From a bacterium (GTDB lineage Bacteria > SZUA-182 > DTGQ01 > JAFGSM01), in NCBI GenBank assembly GCA_049472335.1, contig JBLIRO010000078.1, forward strand, positions 1 to 21,114: a stretch of 21,114 nt of DNA, read 5' to 3'. Each line of letters starts with the position of its first letter. The first letter of the stretch is position 1. Below, piece after piece: positions 1 through 7,183 of the stretch. A program made the translations under genes and the position numbers. The notes beneath the pieces were generated by a model. It was not told where the DNA came from. It did not search any database and was given only the letters and a program-made list of their open reading frames with translations.

Positions 1-3000
1 ATCGGCCAGAATGTACCTTTAGTAAAGGTAGAAGGCCTGAAAGGACCAGGTATAGCTGTTTTTTTAGCCCTTTTAAACAAAAGGGTTAAAAAAAATCTTT
101 TATTTATCACCCCAACCCCAAACGAAGCGGAAAGATTTCTTTCTGATCTTCAATTCTTCTCTAAAGATCAACATTTTTATCTTTATCCCACCAGGGAAAT
201 CCTGCCCTATGAAGAGCTCGAACCGGACCCCCTCTTGGTTTCGCAAAGGATAAGGGGCCTTCAGGCACTTCTTTACCAGGAAAGTGTTGTAGTCGTAGCA
301 AGCGTCAGGGCTATTATGGATAGAATCATGCCCAAACAGACATTGGGCAAGGCTACCGGTTATTATGGGGTGGGAGAGTCGGTCCCAAGGCAGAAGATTG
401 TGAGAGAATTGCTGGAAGGCGGATATCAATCCGTCCCTTTGGTAGAGGAAAGAGGCGAGTTTAGTGTAAGGGGGGGGATACTCGATCTTTTTCCACCTGA
501 CTGGGACCAGGGCTGCAGGATAGAATTTTTTGGAGATGAGATTGATTCCATAAGAAGATTCGATCCCCAAACACAGAGGTCTCTTCAGAATCTGGAAGAG
601 GTGGTTATACTGCCCGCAAAGGAGGTCCTGCTAAATCAGGACCGGGCAAAACGAATGATCAGGCGCTTACGTGAGGCCTTTAAGGATTCAGCCCTTTATA
701 GAGCACACCTGGATATGATCTGTGAGAGATTGGAACGTCTTGAGACATTTTCCGGAATGGAGTTTTATCTGCCTTATATATATCAACATACGGACACAAT
801 CTTAACGTACCTTTCGCAGAAGGGTTTAATATGTCTATCAGATCCTGATAAGCTCATGGATGAGGCTGTTGCCTATGAGGAAGAAATAACCGAGAGGTTT
901 CACAAGACAAAACAGCGCAATATCCCATATCCACCCCCAGGAGAAACCTTTTTGCTGCCATCTGAGATGAAGGATCGTTTGGACTCATACCAAAGGCTTT
1001 ATTTTTACCCGCTCAAAGGCCCTGAGTATAAGACTGATAAAAGTAAGATCTTCCCCTATACCCAACAGGAAACCCGGGCCATCTTACTCAAGGAAAAGGG
1101 AACGACCCTTAAAAAGGGTGTTTTTTCTGCAATAGTTCAAAGGTTCAAGGCATGGCAGAGGTCAAAAAAAAGGATAATACTCACTTGCCTTAGTGAGGGG
1201 CAGGCAGAGAGATTGAGAGAAATGCTGGACGAGTACGAGATGGGTTCGCAGATAATGAATAGATTCCCTCTGGAAGATCTGGAGCGAAAGCCATTTGAAA
1301 TTGCACCTGTGGCCATCTGTTTGGGGGATCTCTCCATGGGTGTTTTTCTGGATTTTCTTGACCTGGTTTTGATAACAGATGAAGAGATATTCGGGGAGAA
1401 AAGGCGGATACCCACACTGAAGATCAAGCACAGGGCAAAACTCCTCTCAAGCTTCACGGATCTCAAAATAGACGACTGTGTGGTACATTTGGAACACGGC
1501 ATAGCATTATATAAGGGGCTTATGAAACTAAACATCGATGGCATGGTCAGGGACTTCCTGCTCTTGCATTTCAGAGAGGGAGACAAGCTTTATTGCCCCC
1601 CGGAGAACCTGGAGCTGATTCAGAAATATACAGGATCGGGTGACACACTTCCCATGCTGGACAAGCTTGGCGGTAAACATTGGGCGCAGGTCAAGGCCAA
1701 GGTAAAAAAATCCATTCAGGAAATGGCCGTGGATCTTCTTCGACTTTACGCGGCCAGAGAAATGGCAAGAGGATATGCATTCCAGGTTGACGATAACTGG
1801 CAGAGGGAGTTTGACGCAACATTCGAATATGAGGAAACTCCCGACCAAATGAGGTCTATACGGGAGGTCAAAAAGGATATGGAAAGATTGAGGCCTATGG
1901 ACCGCCTTGTGTGCGGGGATGTAGGCTATGGAAAGACAGAGGTTGCAATGAGGGCGGCTTTTAAATCTGTCATGGGAGGAAGACAGGTGGCGATGCTGGC
2001 TCCCACCACTGTCCTTGTTCAGCAGCACTTTCAGAAATTTTCGAGCCGAATGGCTGCTTATCCTATTTCTGTAAAGATGTTGAGCCGTTTTGTGGATCAA
2101 AAGAGCCAAAAACAAATACTGGAGGGTTTGAGTAAGGGAGAGGTGGATATTGTAATAGGGACACACAGACTTCTTCAGAAGGATATCTGTTTCAAGGATT
2201 TGGGATTGATCATTATAGACGAGGAGCAGAGGTTCGGTGTCAGACACAAGGAGAGATTAAAGGAGCTAAAAAAAGAGGTAGATTGTCTTACATTGACAGC
2301 CACGCCTATCCCGCGCACACTGCATATGTCCATGGTGGGTATACGTGACATGAGCATCATCGACACACCTCCCGAGAATCGCCTGCCTATTACCACATAT
2401 ATAACTCACTTTGATCCTGATATGATTGCAGAGGCATGCCAGAGGGAACTGGACCGGGGAGGGCAGGTATTTTTTGTATATAACAGGGTCGAGGGTATAG
2501 AGGAGATGGCAAATTTCTTATATCGTCTCCTGCCCCATGCAAAAATCGGTATCGGACACGGCCAGATGCCGGAAAAGGACCTGGAGAGGATCATGCTTGA
2601 TTTTGTACACCGGAAATTTGACATCCTGGTGTGTACAACTATCATCGAGTCAGGGCTGGACATCCCATCGGTGAATACCATTATTATCCATCGGGCCGAC
2701 CGGTTCGGGTTGGCTCAGCTTTACCAGCTTCGAGGTAGGGTTGGCAGGTCAAGCCACCGTGCCTATGCCTATCTCATGGTACCTTCTACGGCCAGTCTTA
2801 CGGAAGATGCAAAAAAAAGGCTCGCCGCCATACAGGAGCTGACAGAACTGGGTTCCGGTTTTCGCTTGGCTGCCAGGGACCTGGAGATCAGGGGTGCGGG
2901 GAACCTGCTGGGATCAAAACAACATGGCCATATCGCTGCTGTTGGATTTGACCTGTATTGTGATCTTATTCGGGAGACTATGGCAGAGTTAAAGGGTGAG

Positions 3001-3462
3001 CCCATACAAAAAACAGGAAAGATAGAAATAAACCTGAATATCGAGGCATATTTGCCGGAGGAACTTATCCCCGATGTTAATCAGAGACTGAATGTCTATA
3101 AAAGGGCTTCTATGATTGAGGAAACAGAAGATATAAATATGCTCGGTGAGGAATTAAAGGATCGCTATGGCCCGTTGCCGGAACCGGCAGAAAATCTATT
3201 AAAGGTTATTGAGCTAAAGATAATGGCAAGGTCCCTGGGTATAGAAAAAATAGAACGCCATGCAGACAGGGTCCGGTTTAATTTTTCTCTGGATACACCT
3301 GTCCAGCCGGAAACCCTTCTAAATTTTGTCATGACTGACAGCAAAAGGTTTAAACTGTTTCCGCCAGGAGCCATTGAGATGTCCCTGGGATACAATTCAT
3401 CAGACCGGATTTTTGAGGAGATAAAAGGTTTCCTGGTATCAATTAAAACATCCGGCACTTGA
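1..3462 (+). CDS. mfd: Transcription-repair coupling factor Mfd (5' end lies outside the window)
   Basis: Frame 1 is open from base 1 (IGQNVPLVKVEGLKGPG...PTREILPYEEL), so the listed TTG start at 235 is internal. Motifs seen: UvrB-homology (GEFSVRGGILDLFP, RIEFFGDEIDSIRRFDPQTQRS), CarD/RID region (VVHLEHGIALYKG), SF2 helicase motifs (CGDVGYGKTE, IIDEEQRFG, TATPIPRT, QLRGRVGR), TRG motif (DLEIRGAGNLLG) and the C-terminal TRCF domain (LKDRYGPLP). Confidence 0.98.
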   Translation: MGQNVPLVKVEGLKGPGIAVFLALLNKRVKKNLLFITPTPNEAERFLSDLQFFSKDQHFYLYPTREILPYEELEPDPLLVSQRIRGLQALLYQESVVVVASVRAIMDRIMPKQTLGKATGYYGVGESVPRQKIVRELLEGGYQSVPLVEERGEFSVRGGILDLFPPDWDQGCRIEFFGDEIDSIRRFDPQTQRSLQNLEEVVILPAKEVLLNQDRAKRMIRRLREAFKDSALYRAHLDMICERLERLETFSGMEFYLPYIYQHTDTILTYLSQKGLICLSDPDKLMDEAVAYEEEITERFHKTKQRNIPYPPPGETFLLPSEMKDRLDSYQRLYFYPLKGPEYKTDKSKIFPYTQQETRAILLKEKGTTLKKGVFSAIVQRFKAWQRSKKRIILTCLSEGQAERLREMLDEYEMGSQIMNRFPLEDLERKPFEIAPVAICLGDLSMGVFLDFLDLVLITDEEIFGEKRRIPTLKIKHRAKLLSSFTDLKIDDCVVHLEHGIALYKGLMKLNIDGMVRDFLLLHFREGDKLYCPPENLELIQKYTGSGDTLPMLDKLGGKHWAQVKAKVKKSIQEMAVDLLRLYAAREMARGYAFQVDDNWQREFDATFEYEETPDQMRSIREVKKDMERLRPMDRLVCGDVGYGKTEVAMRAAFKSVMGGRQVAMLAPTTVLVQQHFQKFSSRMAAYPISVKMLSRFVDQKSQKQILEGLSKGEVDIVIGTHRLLQKDICFKDLGLIIIDEEQRFGVRHKERLKELKKEVDCLTLTATPIPRTLHMSMVGIRDMSIIDTPPENRLPITTYITHFDPDMIAEACQRELDRGGQVFFVYNRVEGIEEMANFLYRLLPHAKIGIGHGQMPEKDLERIMLDFVHRKFDILVCTTIIESGLDIPSVNTIIIHRADRFGLAQLYQLRGRVGRSSHRAYAYLMVPSTASLTEDAKKRLAAIQELTELGSGFRLAARDLEIRGAGNLLGSKQHGHIAAVGFDLYCDLIRETMAELKGEPIQKTGKIEINLNIEAYLPEELIPDVNQRLNVYKRASMIEETEDINMLGEELKDRYGPLPEPAENLLKVIELKIMARSLGIEKIERHADRVRFNFSLDTPVQPETLLNFVMTDSKRFKLFPPGAIEMSLGYNSSDRIFEEIKGFLVSIKTSGT

Positions 3463-3515
3463 TTCTTTAGGGACTTTAGCGCAGTCGCTTTTAAACCCCG
3501 GGCGTTTTTCTCTCT

Positions 3516-4043
3516 TTAATTAGGTGCTACCATAATGGATATGTTCTCATCCGGGATTTTAAATGTGCTGTGAATCATCTCCTTTATCTTGTTGAGGGCT
3601 TCCTGTTCCGAGGAGCCTGCGGCCCATTTATCAAAGCCATCCCGGCCCAGGATGATAGAGACAGACGCTTTCTGGCTGGCATATATCTGCGATTCAAAAT
3701 CGGTATCAAAAAAATTTACATCTATATGGGTTATCACCGTATTTTCACCGATCGGCGTAGTAAGTCTCTGTAATAGTTTAGAAATCTTGGTATCGTAATC
3801 CTGTTCGATAGAATGCACCAGAGACCTTTTTCTCTCAACCAATTCGGGAGAAAGGGCCTTATCTATAATCTCCATTCGTTTCAAACCCACATCCCTGTCT
3901 TCCTGGTTTATACCGATATCCATATCGATCTTTTGCTCTTTTTTCTCTATTTGATCTTCCTTTGCAAGGCCCGAATTAAACAAAATCAGGTTAGAGATAA
4001 TCAAAAAAACGAGAACAAATAAGAATACATTCTTTGCCTTCAT
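3516..4043 (-). CDS. Exported or membrane-anchored hypothetical protein, 175 aa, resembling a single ring-building-motif (RBM) domain
   Basis: Strong SD (AAGGAGG) 5 nt before the ATG. N-terminal signal peptide/TM segment. The C-terminal half shows PrgK/FliF-like spacing (IEQDYDTKISKLL...HIDVNF...ASVSIIL...KIKEMIHSTFKIPDENISIM). The CDS is well supported; the RBM call is an inference. Confidence 0.8.
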   Translation of the reverse strand: MKAKNVFLFVLVFLIISNLILFNSGLAKEDQIEKKEQKIDMDIGINQEDRDVGLKRMEIIDKALSPELVERKRSLVHSIEQDYDTKISKLLQRLTTPIGENTVITHIDVNFFDTDFESQIYASQKASVSIILGRDGFDKWAAGSSEQEALNKIKEMIHSTFKIPDENISIMVAPN

Positions 4044-4174
4044 AGAAACCTCCTTATACCTAAAGGAATTAAAGTTTCATAAAACCTTTTAAGGTCTTAT
4101 GAAATCCTGCTATCAGATGGCTTCATATCTGTATTTCTATATTGATAATTTTATTATACATTGTCAAATCCTTT

Positions 4175-4226
4175 TAATTAAAAGGGGACGTAATTAAAAG
4201 GGGACGGACGTAATTAAAAGGGGACG
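4175..4226. repeat. Three direct copies of TAATTAAAAGGGGACG (16 bp)
   Basis: Copies at 4175-4190, 4191-4206 and 4211-4226, with an extra GACG at 4207-4210. Confidence 0.95.
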
Positions 4227-4246
4227 CAATACTTAATTGCTCCCTT
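4211..4246 (-). terminator. Probable intrinsic terminator of the radical SAM gene (bulged hairpin)
   Basis: Minus strand reads AAGGGAGCAAT-TAAGT-ATTGCGTCCCCTTTT-AATTA, starting about 10 nt after the stop codon. It forms a bulged stem followed by a short U-run. Confidence 0.5.
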
Positions 4247-4255
4247 CTCTATCCT

Positions 4256-5983
4256 CTATGACCCATCAAATAAGCAATCCCTTAAAATCTTCAGGATATT
4301 ATATTTCCTCCCAAGCACACGCCATTTAATCTCATTCGTATCGCAAATAGTTGATAGAGAATAAGCATCCATATCCTTTTTGAGCTCCAAAAGTCTGGCC
4401 CGTTTTTTTGCTTCTTCAGGTTCTTCAAGGAGTATCCGGTCAATTTTGTTATTCAGGTCCATAGCGGCCTTTATTCGCCGATCCGTACATTCCCCCTTAT
4501 CTTTATCTATCTGACCATACTTCATTTTCAGAAGATTGAGTCTGCGCCCTGCCTCGTAGGTTGCCTTAACGATCTGATCCCGGTTCATCCATTTTGTCTC
4601 ATATGAGAGTATGTATTTCCATGATGGCTGAAGAAGTACATGTCTATGTTCTTCAAGGGTTTTATAAAATAATTTATAACCATACTTTTCCGGATGATCC
4701 CATACAAGTGAGGAGGGATCTATAAACGGCGCGAGAGGCGAGATAAAAGGCATCAAACGGGAGTCAAACCGTTTCATAAGGTACTCACAGTAATCGATTG
4801 TCTCCATGACCGAGTTATATGTTTGTCCAGGTATTCCCGTCATATAATAAATATCGAATTTTTTTGCTCCATAGGATAGCGCCCATTCAATATTTTGCTC
4901 AATTTCGCTATTTTTATAAAGTTTCCCAGCCAAACGCCGTACTTTCTCATCATGGGATTCGGGCGACATCTCAAAGTTGAGATTAGGACAGGCCTGGGAG
5001 GCTTGCCTGAAAAAGGATTCAGGGGCACAGTTGAATAATTCAATCACAATATCATTTTTAATCCTTAGCGCCCTTAATCCGTTAAGCACATTTGATGCGT
5101 AATCCTCACCCGCTTGATTCAGATCTCCTATAAGGAAAATGGGAGCGCTTGTATAGGATGCCATCCTTTTAACATCCCGGACCACTTTGCCGGGTGAACG
5201 GTAAGAGGGTTTCTCCCGCTTGCAAAGATCCTGCATGGCATGGGCTGATCCACCGCATATGGCACAATTCTGCGTGCAACCTTTTACGGTCATGATGGCA
5301 GTGATAGGATATTCCCACCAACCACTAAAAGGGATCTGGGATCTTATGTCCAGGTATTTAAAGGCCATACGAAACATGCAAAGATAATCGTTATAATATT
5401 CATCTGCAGAATCAGAAGAGCACACAATCGGATTAGAGTGAATCTGTCCGGAGTCATCCTTCCAGGAGAGATTAGAGATGTGATTAATAGGACGGTTGTT
5501 CATGATGCAAATCATAAGCTCCAGAAGACTTTCCTCTGTAGAATCTCCTTTTAGTATAAAATCCACTTGGGGATAATGTTTTAAGATCTCTTCATGGAAA
5601 TAAGTGGCAGAATACCCTCCTAAAACGACAGGTATGCCGGGGTGAATCTCTTTACAGATCTTTGCTATTTCTATGGCTCCATGAGCATGGGGCAGCCAGT
5701 GAAGATCGATTCCAAAAGCCTTTGGATTTAATCCCTTTATTACCTTTTTGCAGTCATATTTTGGGTCTGTAAGCATTCGATAGGCAAGGTTGATAACCCT
5801 GGTTTCGATTTTATTTTTAACAAGGTATCCTGTTATGGAATTAAAGCCCACGGGATACATCTCAAAAACGTATGAAGAAGGAACCACGTCTGAGATCGGT
5901 CCCCAGAAAATCGGCTCTTTTCGGAAATCATAGACTGTAGGAGGGTGAAGGAGAATAAGATCTGCTTTTCGTAACAGGCCCAT
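4256..5983 (-). CDS. Cobalamin (B12)-binding domain / radical SAM protein, probably TIGR04190 (Ta0216-like) family
   Basis: CxxxCxxC motif (GCTQNCAIC). N-terminal B12-binding domain (FGIDLHWLPHAHGAIEIAK...VVLGGYSATYF...GDSTE). The N-terminal DLILLHPPTVYDFR...GPISDVVPS..VFEMYPVGF segment matches my recollection of that family. Confidence 0.88.
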   Translation of the reverse strand: MGLLRKADLILLHPPTVYDFRKEPIFWGPISDVVPSSYVFEMYPVGFNSITGYLVKNKIETRVINLAYRMLTDPKYDCKKVIKGLNPKAFGIDLHWLPHAHGAIEIAKICKEIHPGIPVVLGGYSATYFHEEILKHYPQVDFILKGDSTEESLLELMICIMNNRPINHISNLSWKDDSGQIHSNPIVCSSDSADEYYNDYLCMFRMAFKYLDIRSQIPFSGWWEYPITAIMTVKGCTQNCAICGGSAHAMQDLCKREKPSYRSPGKVVRDVKRMASYTSAPIFLIGDLNQAGEDYASNVLNGLRALRIKNDIVIELFNCAPESFFRQASQACPNLNFEMSPESHDEKVRRLAGKLYKNSEIEQNIEWALSYGAKKFDIYYMTGIPGQTYNSVMETIDYCEYLMKRFDSRLMPFISPLAPFIDPSSLVWDHPEKYGYKLFYKTLEEHRHVLLQPSWKYILSYETKWMNRDQIVKATYEAGRRLNLLKMKYGQIDKDKGECTDRRIKAAMDLNNKIDRILLEEPEEAKKRARLLELKKDMDAYSLSTICDTNEIKWRVLGRKYNILKILRDCLFDGS

Positions 5984-6186
5984 AATTGTTAATTTATATA
6001 CTTAATTTCTGAATAAATAGATAAAATAAGATTCCCAACCAACCCTTACTATCCTTACCTTTAAAATTTATTAATCTAATGGATAAATATTGTTGAGACA
6101 TTTACTTTAAATGAGACCAGGCACTTATAACACATTATGCAGTCTGAATTCAATAACTATTAAAGGTTTCACCTACTATTATTATT

Positions 6187-6567
6187 CTAAAATAGTGAGC
6201 GAATTTTTTGAATCGCATACAATGGTTTGACTATTTTAGAAAATTTGCCTTTAAGGGAAATGATTTCTGTGAATCTGGCAGCCAGGCTCACTTTCTGCCT
6301 TTTACAACAATATTGCTTTGCTACCTCTTCTACTTCGGAATGATTATAAGAATAAATACATTTCTTGATCGTCCAAAAAATAATTCTTATTGACAAGATC
6401 ATAAAATATAATGAAAAGGAATAAAACGCGATTAAAAAAAACTCCGACGGGATCCTTATAACCACCTGTGGTTTGTTGATTTCAGCTATAGCTGTTATCA
6501 TAAAGAACCCCATAAAAATAAAAAGAAATTCTTTGAATATTATCTCAGTCCCTTTTGAGCTTAACAT
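6187..6567 (-). CDS. Hypothetical membrane protein, 126 aa (two N-terminal hydrophobic segments, basic tail)
   Basis: SD-like AAGGGGGA just before the ATG. Two TM-like stretches. A correctly oriented sigma-54 promoter lies about 120 bp upstream. Confidence 0.6.
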   Translation of the reverse strand: MLSSKGTEIIFKEFLFIFMGFFMITAIAEINKPQVVIRIPSEFFLIAFYSFSLYFMILSIRIIFWTIKKCIYSYNHSEVEEVAKQYCCKRQKVSLAARFTEIISLKGKFSKIVKPLYAIQKIRSLF

Positions 6568-6684
6568 TTAATCCCCCTTTTGTTTTATAGCCAAGTTACC
6601 CTCCGGATTAAAAATTCGGAGGCAAATTTTTTTAAGCTCAATGACCTCATAAAATTCTTAGAACTTTTTTGGCTCTTACTATAG

Positions 6685-6700
6685 AGCAATAGATGTGCCA
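6685..6700 (-). promoter_or_regulatory. Sigma-54 (-24/-12) promoter facing the 126-aa membrane-protein gene
   Basis: Minus strand TGGCAC-ATCTA-TTGCT matches TGGCAC-N5-TTGCW with exact GG-N10-GC spacing. Confidence 0.8.
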
Positions 6701-6781
6701 TTAAAGGGCAACACAACAAAAATATTTAAAAAACAATTACTTATTAAAAATTACTGCTTTAAAAAACATAATGTGATAAAG

Positions 6782-6820
6782 AAAAATTAGCAACTTTTAA
6801 CAATAAGATTGCTAATTTTT
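6782..6820. promoter_or_regulatory. Inverted repeat, candidate enhancer (UAS) for a sigma-54 activator
   Basis: Perfect 12-bp arms, AAAAATTAGCAA (6782-6793) and TTGCTAATTTTT (6809-6820), with a 15-bp spacer. It sits about 80-140 bp upstream of both divergent sigma-54 promoters. Confidence 0.55.
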
Positions 6821-6921
6821 TAAACAATGCCTGGACATACCGGATGCATTTATGAAGATAAATGTGATAAATATTAAATTTTAAAACAGTTATCAAAAAT
6901 CTTTTACAAAAGAGCCTGACT

Positions 6922-6937
6922 TGGCATTTTAATTGCT
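6922..6937 (+). promoter_or_regulatory. Sigma-54 (-24/-12) promoter for the riboswitch/PKD-protein transcript
   Basis: TGGCAT-TTTAA-TTGCT with exact spacing, about 75 bp upstream of the riboswitch. Confidence 0.78.
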
Positions 6938-7011
6938 TTAAGTCATTTTCACAATTTAAGAAATGATTTTTGTACTACCTCGAGACTTGCTCGGGGATAG
7001 ATATATTGTAC

Positions 7012-7104
7012 TTCGTTCGAAAAAGGCAAACCATCCGAAAGGGTGGGACGCAAAGCCACTGGCCTAAGTCCTTAGAGGATATGGCAGCAGGGTTGCCGAG
7101 CGAA
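7012..7104 (+). ncRNA. Cyclic di-GMP-I (GEMM-I) riboswitch aptamer
   Basis: Hallmarks present: GGCAAACC-ATCC-GAAA-GGGT-GGGACGCAAAGCC (P2 with GAAA tetraloop), ACTGGCCTAA...ATGGCAGCAGGGTTGCCG (P3 with tetraloop receptor), and P1 TTCGTTCG (7012-7019) pairing with CGAGCGAA (7097-7104). It lies in the 5' UTR of a surface-protein gene. Confidence 0.93.
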
Positions 7105-7183
7105 CTTACAGCATTTTGAAGTATTCGGCATCTCTTAATGGCTGTATTTCGCTAGGCGAAACAACACCTTAGGAGGTGCTAAA

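Noticed and set aside
235..237. TTG start for mfd given by the ORF track
   Set aside because: The frame is open and Mfd-like from base 1, so the true start is upstream of the window.
100..3458. Many minus-strand ORFs (73-239 aa) opposite mfd
   Set aside because: They are antisense shadows of a highly conserved gene and carry no recognisable motifs.
4135..4167. Sigma-70 promoter for the 175-aa gene (perfect TTGACA on the minus strand at 4162-4167)
   Set aside because: The hexamer at 17-bp spacing (CAATAT) is a poor -10 match and the region is AT-rich. Plausible, but not supportable.
4175..4226. 16-bp repeats as a CRISPR array
   Set aside because: The repeats are too short and essentially adjacent (0 and 4 bp between copies), with no spacers and no cas genes.
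6600..6622. Hairpin CCTCCGGATT/AATTCGGAGG in the leader of the 126-aa gene as a riboswitch or terminator
   Set aside because: It is a single stem with a mismatch on the transcribed strand, no U-tract in that direction and no aptamer consensus.
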